A stretch of 63,279 bases of DNA, counting the filler, from Asterionella formosa (Eukaryota), in NCBI GenBank assembly GCA_002256025.1. It is 14 parts of 14 records of this genome, joined end to end, with 100 filler letters (N's around TTAATTAATTAA, not from the genome) between each part and the next. Parts side by side here need not be neighbours in the genome. Positions count along the whole stretch, not along the records: positions 1 to 22,657 come from NKIB01002653.1; 13 more parts are not named here. One strand, given 5' to 3'. This document shows positions 10,302-22,757 of this stretch, in pieces. The notes beneath the pieces were generated by a model. The model saw only the letters and a list, made by a program, of their open reading frames with translations. It was not told the origin of the DNA and ran no database searches. The translations under genes were made by a program, and so were the position numbers. Each line of letters opens with the position of its first letter. Within the stretch, counting starts at the first letter, position 1.

Positions 10302-13300
10302 AATTGGCTGAGATAATAAAAGATGTTAGAGTAAAAGATAATGTTGCTGGTGATTCATGTAATTCGGTTGAATAGTTTGTCCTTCCGCTCATTCCGTTGA
10401 CACTAGTCAAGTTCTCATACAACCGTTAGTCCAAATGCTCTGCGCGCTTGCTCTGCCTCTGGAAGTCGACTTTCTGTAAGGATGACAAGGAATGAAAAGT
10501 AAGTACAAGAACAGCGATGATATAACAATTACACCGAATTCCGTGAACAAACGATGCGGCGGGGCATGCTGCGATGATTCGAAGCAGTTCATGCATATTC
10601 ATTTCAAACATTGCTTTATCTTACGTCAACACTTAAATGGAGTCTCAGTGCTTTCAATTCAGAGAATATTTCTGGGAAGGTTATAAGTCTTTGCAGTTAC
10701 TGCTGATTGATTTCTTGAGTACAAGACCTGATTTGTGACCACGTGCTGTTAAGGTAAGCTTCGTGGGATTTATTCAGTGACCAAACACGGTTCAAGGCCA
10801 TCAAGAAAATAGCTTTCTATTGCACTCACACGACGAGGCCTCCCTTCCCAAGGCAAACGGTGAAATGATTTGTAGAGGTAGCGATCGCCGTTTCCTTTTT
10901 ATTCGGCGTCGGGAGCTGACGTGCTTGACACCATAGAAGAGACGATTTGTGTTCACTCTTCCAGCTGAAAAAGTTTTATACGACACTCAATTAAAATTCG
11001 TAATTCACTTTCAGATGCATGTACTGGTAGACTGCTGGTACCGGTACCTGGTACCTGGTACCAGGGTAGACAAGAAATGTCTGCATGCACTGATGATGAA
11101 GGTGGACATACGTTATGATGGACAATGGCTGATGTGGAAGATTGAGCTGGTGGTGATTGCTTGATGGCACACGAATGAAGCATATTCAAATGGCTCGTAC
11201 TTTTAAAGCTAAATTTGTCGCATTTCCGGAATGTATTCTATTTTTCGGCATAATGAATGAACATGAATATAATTCGGTTATGAATTCATACATAGGACTT
11301 TAAATGATGACTCAAAAAATCTCGCAATGCTTACGTCAGCACAATCGGACAATGCAGTACCGGTACATCTGCAAAAGCAACAAATGCCGGTGGTGGCGGG
11401 GATGATTCCTTGTTCGAGTAAGCAACGCTGGGTACCAGGTACCTGGAACTCCACCTGGTTGGTACAACCAGGACTACCGGTAGGTAGCGGTAGTTTGTGA
11501 TTGAGTGCCAGTTATTTGCTGGTATACTACCAAGTACATGGTAGTACGTGGTGCCAACAAATGCAAGAATACCACCGCATCAGACCGAATGACCAGCTCA
11601 TGTTTCCAGTCGCTCGGCTTGATGTCAGTGCGTATTCCTACATAGTATGATCGTAATAGCATCTCCACCGCACCGACCAGATGCCAAGCGCCAAGCAATA
11701 CAAGTTGAAAGTATCAAAACACGTCACTTGCTCGAGAAACTTTTTATCAAAAGTCGAAGTTTTCGTATTTTTTCCCACTGCATTGACCAAATCCCAAAAT
11801 AGTCAAATCTCGCGCACATTTTTATAGCGAATAGAAATTGATCTAGAGTGTAGTTACATCATGTAAATATCATCCTTTATGAAAACATAATGTCCAGCAT
11901 ACCAGTAATTGAAATGTTGTTAGGTATACTTTACATTTCCACATGATGATGAAGAGGGTAGCAATTGCGACTCATCGGACAACAACCTCCTCTACTGCTG
12001 TATGGGTGATATCATGCTACAGCAACAAGAACACAAGAGGGCAAAGCAGTTGAGATGCTGGGGAGGAGCATTGAATGTGGGAAAGTCAGTAAACATAGTT
12101 TTTTCAATAACAGCATCACCTTTCCAGAAATTCCTTATTGTTATGCAGCTAGTACTATGCCCATCTAGTGTTACCCATCAAAAACTACTATGACTCTGCA
12201 TATGCATGTGTATATTGGCATTCTAGTTTGGATAAACTCCCTTCCATTTTTCCAATTCGATTTTAAGCTACCAGTAGGGCGATAAATTGATAATCGAAAT
12301 ACTAGCATTGACATGTTAACTGAATAATTGTACCTATTTTTCAGAATCAGCTACTAACATCAAAATGATCAGTGCTCTCAATCAATTGTGTTCTTCATGT
12401 TTGAATCATTCGAACTAACTTGACTTGCCCATCAATTTTTATCGCTTTGTACCAAGTGCAAACATTGGTTTAACACTCATAATGATGCTACTCACGTTGC
12501 TCGTGATCTCACTACTGTTAATGTTGCACCCACTGTGAACTGAGGACAGTAAGAGTCCTACAGCGAAAATGGCTTGCAAAACTGCCTCGCACAAGAATAA
12601 AAGCAACGATCTTGCTCCACAATTTACGTGCTTTGAATTTGTTGTTACTTGTGATGACTCTCATATCAGCCACTTGGTTGGTCAATCATAATTTTTCCTC
12701 CTTTGTTCATGCTGATGCTTTCGTCTTCGAATGAAAAAAAAAGGCCAACACTTTGCTCTATTGTCAACTGCCCCAAACTTATTGCAGGATCACGTAATTT
12801 TTTTCTTTGATCATCAAAAAAAGTTATGGATCAAGAACCTCTTGCGCGTTTGATCATAAATATATACATGATTGATCACATACATATTGTCATCATATCA
12901 AATAGAATTTTTTGTTGCATCAATAAGTGAACCGCCTCGTTTATACATTGATTATATGTATATATCAATTGCAATTAAAACTCTTCGAATGAAATGATGA
13001 TAATTATGCTTTAACTAGTTATCTGTATTTTATTATTATATGATTGATACATTTGCGTTCTTTGTTCCTAACCTTCAATCCAATACCTTTGTACTCCATT
13101 GAACGCATGCTTTGATCATAAATATTGCAACCAAAATAACCGAAACAAGATCAAGGATTGATTCATTTTGTAGTGTTCATTTTTCTATGTCGCTGATTCT
13201 GGTAGGAGGAGAGGGAATGATAATATTTGTGAGCCAAATAGTTGAATATACATTCTTCAGCTTCCCCCAGATCATTCTTCCTCAATTAGCAGGCACTACA

Positions 13301-14545
13301 AAGGCAGTAGTATATCTAGGTACTACTAGCTCGTAGTACAGAGAGAGTCATGTATAAGCTACTCAGGCTGCGCTGTAGAGGGCAAACATTTTGTAGCTAG
13401 TAGCCGCTAATAGATTCCGCTTTGGGCTACCACTACTACTATGCTGGTTAATAAAAAATCGAGATCTCGCCTCACTCGTTTCCAGAGTATTCTAGCCACA
13501 ATTCCAACTTCCCGCTGTACTGTATAAAGTCAAAAGTTGTAATACTAGAGGACCTTCTTTTTAATATACCACCAGCTGCCGCTACTAATGCACAATCCAG
13601 CTTCATTAGCTGTAGATAGTAGAGTAATAGCTACGAGAAAAGGTCATGGAGAAGGTAAGGATATCTACAAAATTTTGGAACTTTTCTATAATTAGCCCAA
13701 GACCATAAGGTATGATCGTTTCTCAACTCAGAAACTATCAAGACATCAAAATTTGAAAAAAAGTTTTAACATATTGGCAACATGACAGCAAAAATTGGCA
13801 AAGCAAGAGAAACCGCAAGAAACTATACTGAAACAAAAGAAAAGCAGCCAGAAGCAGATTCAATCAAGCAACATATCCAATAGAGTTCGCATTGATTCTA
13901 AAAATCGACCAACAAAACAACAAGAGGCAGTGTCTATCTAGCATCCATAGAGCTACATGGTGATATAATGGAAATTGACCAACACACTCATAAGATTGGC
14001 TAATCATACAAGAGTAGATGAAGTAAGCAATCAAGCATACTGGTAATCAACTAAAAAGAAGAGCAAGTTCGAACATTATAAATCGACCGGGCAAACAGCA
14101 AGATTCACTATCCAGCATCAATGGAACTACATGATGCATGATAAGGAAAATTAATGAAGACATGAACATTGTTTCAGCACACAAGAGCAACAAGGCAAAC
14201 AAATGGAGCAAACTGAAAGTTACAACACAACAAGAATTAGAATTTAATTCACTCCTTGAAGAACTGAGTGATGCAGGCAAGCATGGTGAAATATATATCA
14301 CTTCAGCCAGACGCGCCTCACCCCACAGACGCAAATCAAGATACACACTTACGTCACAGCTCAAAGCAACAGCAAGGTAAAAGAAGGATCCCATAAATGG
14401 CATCTCGCGAATCATCAGTGTGGCCCAACCAGCACAACCAAAGACTTCCAAATTCCCCATCGGGATAATTTCCTCAAAGGGATGATTTAAAGAAATTAAA
14501 CACATTTAGCACCACTTTGATCCTTACTCTCATTCAAAAGAGTGC

Positions 14546-14620
14546 AACTCACTACATCTCTCCGCACACAATTGTCCTGATGAACTCACTACATCTCTCC
14601 GCACACAATTGTCCTGATGA
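14546..14620. repeat. Perfect tandem duplication, 37-bp unit x2
   Basis: AACTCACTACATCTCTCCGCACACAATTGTCCTGATG is repeated head to tail. Confidence 0.9.
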
Positions 14621-15447
14621 TTGCAGAGCATTTTTAGTTCCCTTTTGATTTTTCCACTGGTTTCGATCCCTTTTGCATTCAAGTCAAGAAACAAGCAACT
14701 CATTGAGATTTCTGGAGATCTCGGTCAGTGGCACCATAAAGCAACAATCAACAGATCATGGCGACTGTTCTACATTTTCTGTAGCAAGTGACATTCAAGA
14801 AGGGACTGGGATCATTGGGAAGAAAAATTAGTAGGATTCTCTGTGATGGTTTTTATTTGCAGACTTCATCAATTTCGTTTACTCTCTCATTTCATTTTGA
14901 AAAGGCAATGATCTAAGCATAGCTACCGGAAGTGAAAATTAAGGTATTGAAGACCACTGTGTGCTCATTCTGATAGAGGATGCACAGTGGAAAGTATGGG
15001 TGACCAGAAGTAGAATATTTGAGTATTAAATAGCAATCCATTTAATTCGATTTTTTTCCATCATTGATCGAACATGATAATAGGTTTGATCAATGAGAGA
15101 AATTAGTTAGATCAGTAGTAATGAACGATAGATTGAAACCTATAAATTCTATTTGATATTAGTATTCCAAAGGTTAGACCGAATGAATAACTGATTTGAT
15201 CTCACGATTACTATCTTTAGATCGAACACCAAAACGTTAGTTGATAATAAGAGTGAGAGTGCTGTATTGATCATAAGCATAATGTATGATCTATTGATTT
15301 GAAACTCATTGATATGTGTATGATGAGTGTATACTAAATGTGCTTCGTTATTCATGTTACAAATGCAATCGATTAGATATTACATAATATGCATGTGATC
15401 TATGCTAAGCATAGTACATAAGATCAATGCTACTATAATATTATTCA

Positions 15448-15542
15448 ATCAATCAGTTTTTTTGTATGATCAATCAAAAATTCTGTATGATCAATCAGTA
15501 TTTTTGTATGATCAATTAGTTTTTTGTATGATCAATCAAAAA
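15448..15542. repeat. Minisatellite of about 21 bp (core TGTATGATCAATCA), about 4 units
   Basis: The core recurs near 15463, 15484, 15505 and 15525. Confidence 0.8.
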
Positions 15543-15682
15543 ATGGTATGTCATACTGAGAATTTTTGGGGCAGTATTTCTTACAGCAAAACTGTTAGGC
15601 CTAACGGTTTTTAATTTACAGATGGCTGTTACAACCTGTTAAATCCTTCAGTGGTATCAAGTTCCTTTGCTGCCCAAAGAAG

Positions 15683-16028
15683 TGTTAAAAAGCTTTGTAT
15701 TCCTTCCCATGTGTGAGTATCTCCTTACGTGGAACTTACAGGTTGTAGTACTAATACTTATACTTATCTTTGCTAGTAGCCTTCTTGCTAGTTTTTGCTA
15801 TTGACCTTTCTCTGTCAATTCTCCCTGTTTCTTAAATTAATAAGCTTAAACTAAAACCCAGTTTCGAAAATTCCAGCCATTCATTCATCACCCTTTGAGA
15901 ACCTGTCCTTTGTGTTCCCTTTTTGGTGATGCAAACCTTCACTTCAATCTTGTTAGCAAGTTTCTTAACATGGGAATGCTCAATTTGATACATTGGACTA
16001 CAATCGAGTCCACAACTCTCGTGACTCA
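15683..16028 (-). mobile_element. Degenerate solo LTR of the same Copia family as 179-557
   Basis: The reverse complement aligns by eye with about 208-557, e.g. AGAATTGACAGAG, AGGTCAATAGC, GGGAACAC..AG..CAGGTTCTC and CTTGCTAAC.AGATTGA. Confidence 0.85.
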
Positions 16029-16909
16029 GAGTTTCTAGTCCTATGCATACTGGTTCTAACTACCTGGTACCAGGTACATTGTTGACAAGCAGTTACTCAG
16101 CCACTGTTCCTAGTGCCAGGGTACCTGTATACTGGTACGTACAGTATGTAATAACAAGGGGAAACACAACTGCGGAGCGAAGAAGAACAATTTGGAAGTC
16201 GTGCGAGTTCGATGGAACAAATTGGAGGAGGAAAATGAATGGTTTGTGTGCCCTCGTACATGGTACCAGGTACCAGGTACCTGGTTCCTGACGAATCTGT
16301 TGGCTCCTACTACCGTATTCGTGCCTGTGACATCGAACAAGCGCGGTCCACGTTTGTTGACCCTCGTTGGACGAGACATGAAATATGATACCTTACATAC
16401 CTACCGTAAGATACCGGTACCGGTACTGTTACTAAACTGGTGTCATCCGTACATGCAGGGCAGCGGCTCCCTATTTCGTGTACCTGGTACCGGAATGTAG
16501 CTGACGACGAGGGAGAAGATAACTCAATTTGCTTCGCTCGCTCGTCAGCAACCACCCTACCGGTACCTGGTCTGAGTACCAGTGCCAGGTACCTAGTACC
16601 CCTAGTACCAGAAGTACAAGCACCAGATTACTCGTTGGTAAATCGTGTGTATCTTGAGTGGCATTCACCGTCATCAAGGCAGCAATCAAAGGACTCAGAG
16701 GGCCTCTATGTATACCGTATTACAACTCTCTATTGCTTCCTCATACTCCGGAGTACATACGAAAAGATCATCAAAGAGAATCCGAAAGAAGAACCTGGTG
16801 CCATTCGAACTCTTTCATGCCCTGCAAGAGCCTCGGAACATCGTTTTGTTCTCATATCTGCCTCATAGTTGCACTTTTGACAATTTGTTGTGACGGGTTC
16901 ACGCTAAAG

Positions 16910-19867
16910 ATGGGTAAGCATGGAAGTGTCGGTTTGAGGTTGTGATTAGTTCGTTTCTTGGCCGCGTCATTCCTTTCTAACGTTTCACCTCCAAATAGGT
17001 TTACTCAAGGCTGGAAAGCCCAAAACCTGGGAAGATTCCAAGAAGAACTTGGGGTACATCCGAAAGGCCGGAGTCCGTCAGTTCATCGCCACTTACAACA
17101 GGGTCAAGGATCTCAAGGGTGATGAACTACTTTGGGGCGACGAAATCGAGTACGGCGTCTTCATGCTCGATCACGAAAACAAGAAGATTCGTCTGAGCAT
17201 TCGGGCAAAGGAGGTGAGTAACGCGGTACGAGCAGGACCATGGCGAGCAACTCATGACAGCACTGTCCCTCAATTTGTCTCGTCGCGTTCTCTTCGTAGA
17301 TCATGGATGAGCTCAATCGGAAGGAAAAGTTAAACGAACAAATGGTTGAAGGGTGCACCTGGGTGCCCGAGTACGGAGCATGGATGGTGGAAGCAACTCC
17401 CAATCGTCCATACACTGGGTACACTACTGACTTGTTGCGTGTCGAAAGAAATATGCGTCTACGACGCAAGCGCTTCCTGACCGTCCTCGGTGAAAACGAA
17501 ATTGCTCCCACTGTGTCTGCATTTCCGATGTTGGGTGCCATGGGCGATGATGGAACGTATCCGCCGACCAAGGTCGGTGGTCCCGTTACACTGAGTGACT
17601 ATATCGGCGACGACATTATCAATCCACACCCTCGTTTCGCAACCCTTTCTGCAAATATTCGTCAGCGTCGTGGTGAAAAAGTCAACATCCGCGTCCCTCT
17701 TTTTCGCGACGTCAACACACCAGAGTTTCAAGGGTTCGAGGTTCCCGTCGGTGTTGATGGCTGCTGTGGAAGTGACTCACAGCAGCTCTGGCGATATGGT
17801 AAAGGTGATGCCTCCCAAGAGAAGTATGGAACTGATTTTCTTGTTGTTGGCTGTTCCACGTCCTCCAAAGATGAAGAGTTCCAAGATATGGGAGCAGGTG
17901 GTATGGTGACTTTACAGAAGTGGCTTGTCAATGTTGAATGTGAAGGATGTCGAGGCCTCTTCTATCGTAGTGCCCCTAATGTGATTGTCCCTGATGCTGA
18001 TTGGCCTCGTAACGGCGACATCGTAGTTGGCAGCGAGGTCCCAGATGTTCCAGGTTGGGTTCGTCTCCAAAACGGGTACTATTTACCTGCGGTGAGTGAT
18101 GACGGAAAAGTGAAGTTTCTTCATTTGGTTTCGACTCGTACATCACCGTCGAATCCAGAAATGAAGCGTATTGGATCCAATACTCCTTTGTTTCGCTCGT
18201 CGGTTCAAGACCGAGAAAATCTCACTGAGCTTCTGGAAGGAAGAGTTGAGTTGGCAACCCTACCACGAGATTTCTCTACCTTTCCCGCTGCTAGCATAAC
18301 AACCGAGGACAAGAGCTCTCTTGCAGCGTCAGAACGTTCAGAAAGTGTTCGTGCGGCGATTCACATGGATGCCATGGCATTTGGAATGGGCTGTTGCTGC
18401 CTTCAGATCACTTTCCAAGGAAAGGATGTCGACGAAAGTCGGTTTATGTATGATCAACTCGCAGTCATGGCGCCAATTATGATGGCTTTGACTGCGTCAA
18501 CACCCATTTTGAAGGGGCGGATTGCTGACACTGATGCTCGCTGGGGAATCATCTCCGAGAGTGTAGATGACAGGACTCCTTGCGAGCGAGGTCGCGTTGA
18601 TCCCAAGGCCCCATATGCTGATCTTGTTGGAAAGGGACAGCGACGCATCTATAAAAGCCGATATGATTGCATTAGCACATATATCTACCAAGGAGCGATT
18701 TATGAAAGCGCTGCGGCCAAGGCCGGCCTTGCAAATCGTGTACTTAATATGTACAATGATATTCCAGTGCCAATTGATGAAGAAAGCTATCGGCAGCTCC
18801 GAGACGCTGGAATAGATCCTGCGCTTTCTCAGCACATTGCCCATCTCTTCATCCGTGATCCGCTAGTCGTTTTTGATGGTGGTGTTGAGGAAGTCGACGA
18901 TGAGACAGAAACTGATCACTTTGAGAGCATTCAAAGTACCAACTGGCAAACTGTTCGTTGGAAGCCCCCGCCGCCTAGAAATAGCCCAAACGATCCTCAC
19001 ATCGGCTGGAGAACTGAATTCCGTAGTATGGAGATGCAACTGACTGATTTCGAGAATGCCGCATTCACAGCATTTACTGTCTTGCTCACTCGCGTTATAT
19101 TGACGTTTGACTTGAATCTTTATATTCCTATGAGTCGAGTTGACGCTAACATGCAGAGAGCCCATAGTCGAAACGCTTCTGCAAAAGGAAAATTTTTCTT
19201 TCGGCGGCATTTGGCCCCGTTAGAGGAAGGTGATGATGGATATGGGGTTAAGTATTCGTCGATGTTTTCGCGTGCTACAAATGGAACTAATGGCGATTCG
19301 ACCTCTCCGTACAGCCGTGAGCTGGACATTGACGAGAATGGGGTGAGTCGTCAGCGAAAGAGTGCCCCATTTGCCCCAGGTAGTGACGAGGAGAACTCCT
19401 TTGAAGAAATGACAATGGCTGAAATAATGACTGGAAAAGGAGATTTTTACCCAGGTTTGATTCCTCTGGTTCGCGCTTACCTAGATCATATCAATTGTGA
19501 CACTCTTACTCGTCCCCGCTTGTTGCAATATTTGGACTTCATCGAGAAACGAGCGACCGGAGAACTTGTTACTCCTGCGACTTGGATGAGGATCTTCGTA
19601 CGCAGTCATCCTGCGTACAAGGGCGACTCTGTCGTGTCCGACGAGATTGCATACGATCTCATGAAGCTGTGCTCAGACATTGGGCTCGGTAAGGTGCACA
19701 TCCCTGAGCTTTTGGGCGATCTTGTCTTCGAAGAGATTTCACCCGAAGGCGCGTACGCAGTTAAATTAGACTCGCAACGAGTGCAAAACGATCGGATTTT
19801 GCATCTACTTCAGCGATACGCGAATCGGAAATCCTTCTCGTCGAGTGGCATTAGTGCGTCTTTATAA
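16910..19867 (+). CDS. GCLC: Glutamate-cysteine ligase catalytic subunit (animal/fungal GCLC type); exons 16910-16913, 16999-17213 and 17300-19867
   Basis: The spliced N-terminus reads MGLLKAGKPKTWED. Motifs LWGDEIEY, PEYGAWMVEATP, HMDAMAFGMGCCCLQITFQ, KSRYD, HFESIQSTNWQ and GWRTEFR are present. Introns 16914-16998 and 17214-17299 are GT-AG and keep the frame. Confidence 0.96.
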
Positions 19868-20049
19868 TAATAAATGCCACAGGTTTTGTTATATTCACGC
19901 TAGAGTTATCACACAAAGATAGGTAGCCCACTACTCTACAGTCACTATTATGCATACTTGATGCTCAACATGGCTGGCGCATACTGAGTAGTTTGAAGGC
20001 ATATGTGGTTTTATCACGGAAACTCAAAAAAGGGTAAGAATGACATGAT

Positions 20050-21320
20050 TTAGATTTCCCCAGACTTTCGCTGGCTTGTCATGGGCAGAATAGGAGTCTT
20101 TGCTTTATTTTCAGGAGCAGAATAAATGACTGTAGCGATCACCACTAACGATGTACCGATAATGAACAGAAAGTTCGCATGGAAATCAAAAAATATAGCA
20201 GAAATAAGGCAGGAAATAATGATACTGAACGAGGTAGCAAAAACTTTTAACACGTTGTCGGCGTATTTGACGACCACCGCAACAATCAGTCCTCCCGCAG
20301 CTTGCACAGTCACCACAGTCCAGACCGTTGACGAGAACCCCCCGAGAAAGCCGTGCTCAGCCACAGCAGCGCTGTCCTTGGCATAAATAGTGAGATAGGC
20401 AATAATAATGGATGGGAGGCCCATTTGCACGTTACGAACCCACAAGGTTGTGTGGCTACCCTTTAAAATCTTTTCAAAGTAGACCCCAGAAAAGCCAGAC
20501 GTGCAGGCAGCACACAAAACAGCGACCAGTCCAACAAAGCGGTGTTGCTTGTTTTCCGCAGTTGTATGCTGATCACCACTTCCAGAAAGTTGCACAACTG
20601 CCACTCCAACTGTTAAGATAACAAGGGAAATCCATTTGGCACTGGAGAATTTTCGCTGTTGAAATGCGGACAGAGTCAGGACAATGCAAGTATTAGTGGT
20701 CGCTGTGTCCCATTCCATTGAGATATATTGGCACTCACCTGCAGCAAAATTGCACTAAAGAGAGCAGTAGTTAGAATCTTGAGCTGATAGCAGACTTGAT
20801 AAGTAGCAGCATCCAGATTTGTCAGAGCGAGATATAAAAGATTGTTTTGAACTGTGTACAGCAGCGAAGGGACGCAGAGTTTGAGCACTTCCATGGGTGA
20901 ATGTAGAACGTGCACTTGAAGTTCACCGAGCAAGTTTCCTCCAGTTTGACACGCAATGACAACGCAGCAAATGACAAATTTCATCAGCTCCATCGTTAAA
21001 ACAGCGACGGAAGCCAAGTAGAGGGGCTGTCCCGGATCTCGGTGGGTCCGGGAGATTCTCATAAGCAAGACAAGGCCCACCATTTGAGCAACCAGCAAAA
21101 AGAGGGCAGAGTACTTGATGATCTTGTCCGAGGAGTTCGACTTCTTCTTGACGACCTTCCGAACTTTTTTGATCACAACTTTTCCAGCCTTCGGCTTGCT
21201 CGAACGCTTTAGGGCCGATCCATCGCTCATGGCTGGAATCAGCTGCTCAGTTGGATCTTCACCTTCCTTGCTGCGGAAGCCACCAATTGTTTCATCGCCA
21301 TTCCTAGACGATTCCATCAT
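20050..21320 (-). CDS. SLC35A: Nucleotide-sugar transporter, SLC35A family (UDP-Gal/UDP-GlcNAc/CMP-Sia type); exons 21320-20739 and 20655-20050
   Basis: Motifs VPSLLYTVQNNLLYLA, YQLKILTTALFS, SGFSGVYFEKILK and VVKYADNVLK. The GT-AG intron 20656-20738 is in frame. Confidence 0.93.
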
Positions 21321-21933
21321 CTTTCGTTCCGTTCCACCAATCAATAAGGCGAGTTATGAGTTTGATTCTGGTTTTCAGGACGAGCAATGAAGACAGGACG
21401 CTCTATTTTTGGAACAATCGGGTCGTTAAGGAGTGAATATTGTTGAATTTGATTACCGGGACATTCATAAATTGTTACTCGACGAGCAAATTGGAAACAG
21501 TACCTGGTACCTGGTACCTGGTACCTATTATCATGTGATGTATGGTATTTCCTACGCGGGGCAAAGATTAGACTACCGATAGTCAATAAAAATATGTACT
21601 TAGCTAATATGCCGGTTATCTTATCATGTGCGTAATAGAGGCAGCAGCGGTTACAATCAATATTCCGGTATGTCTATTTCACACATTTATTTATATTCCG
21701 GTCGGTTGTTTAATAATCCTGCTAATAATATTGTACCAGGTACCTAGGTACCAGGGGTACCAGGTACCATGTCTTATGCATACGATGGCAGGTGCAGGTA
21801 GGTACAGTCACAAGTTTAAGGTTCCTGCATTTGAACCCCTATGTAGGCAAAAATGAAAATATTCCTTAGGGTTGCCGAAATTCCCTAAAACTACGAATTT
21901 CTCTGGAATAGATAAATACATGTATCAATATCA

Positions 21934-22156
21934 GGGGGAATAGCTCAGTTGGTTCGCTCACCTACCGATGTGGTGGATTCGATTCCCGCATTCTCCACCT
22001 GCTTTGTTCATGTAGTCCCTTGGGTTCCGGGTGATGAGGCAGACAACAAGCAGGTCTAAGACCCTCTGGGGGACAAAGTACGACTTCACAACCTCCACAA
22101 TTGTCGACTTCCTTAACAATAGCATACTATTAAGTTTACATAGTAATAATTTAATT
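21934..22156 (+). mobile_element. tRNA(Ala)-derived SINE, 223 bp, flanked by a 17-bp target-site duplication
   Basis: A box TAGCTCAGTTGG, B box GATTCGATTCC, acceptor stem GGGGAAT/ATTCTCC-A and an AT-rich tail. The direct repeat TACATGTATCAATATCA occurs at 21917-21933 and 22157-22173. A second copy lies at about 37991-38085. Confidence 0.85.
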
Positions 22157-22420
22157 TACATGTATCAATATCATATTAATACTTACAATATTCTCTATCA
22201 TGTTAGAAATCTGTCTGTTATCAGACTATCATCATTGATTTCGTCTTGGCTGTTTCTGTGTTGCAAACAAAGTGACTGATGATGATGATGATGAACAAAT
22301 AAATGTGTTACTTTTGCTGGTACATCGCCCAATGATGAAACTTACATACATGAACATAAGAGAAACAACATAAATAAAAATTGAATTTGCATATAGTCGA
22401 AACAATTACTATTTAATTTA

Positions 22421-22528
22421 CGACGATAATTATTGTACTGTTTTGATGATATATTGAAATAATATGATCAGATGATCATCATCATAGTATGATGCATCAT
22501 TTGAATATGATGTTTTTCTATTTGCAGA
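22421..22528 (+). repeat. Short dispersed repeat shared with about 31517-31595
   Basis: Both read ATGATCAGATGATCA..ATCATA..TGATGCATCAT..AATATGAT...TATTTGCAGA, and both lie near contig ends. Confidence 0.65.
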
Positions 22529-22657
22529 AGTGCCTTCTTCCTTTTTCCATTAGATTAATTTGTATTTTTCAATCTCTCCTCAGTCAGCAGGTTGGTGAAG
22601 TAAAGCAATTTTTGGTTGCAAAAACATAGGAGGATCAATCATAGTTTCTTTAAGACA

Positions 22658-22757
22658 NNNNNNNNNNNNNNNNNNNNNNNNNNNNNNNNNNNNNNNNNNN
22701 NTTAATTAATTAANNNNNNNNNNNNNNNNNNNNNNNNNNNNNNNNNNNNNNNNNNNN
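22658..22757. other. Artificial contig spacer N44-TTAATTAATTAA-N44 (first of 13)
   Basis: Identical 100-nt spacers start at 22658, 24150, 25642, 27134, 28625, 30116, 31607, 33098, 55828, 57319, 58809, 60299 and 61790. The 12-mer has stop codons in all six frames. Confidence 0.98.

Noticed and set aside
14546..14620. CRISPR-like 37-bp direct repeats (also the 67-bp and 115-bp repeats)
   Set aside because: The units are head to tail with no spacers, there are no cas genes, and the context is eukaryotic.
11880..15440. Protein-coding genes in the AT-rich block (also about 38100-39200)
   Set aside because: There are only short ORFs with no identifiable motif. It is probably decayed TE sequence but could not be classified.
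16043..16868. ORFs rich in YQVPGT/TRYLVP upstream of GCL and elsewhere
   Set aside because: They are translations of the GGTACC heptamer arrays, not a protein family.
21935..21997. Functional tRNA-Ala gene
   Set aside because: It is only 63 nt with no proper anticodon arm and no U8, and it is embedded in a TSD-flanked repeat. It is better explained as a SINE head.
22702..22713. Recurrent palindrome TTAATTAATTAA as a biological motif
   Set aside because: It is always centred in N44 pads and is an assembly linker.
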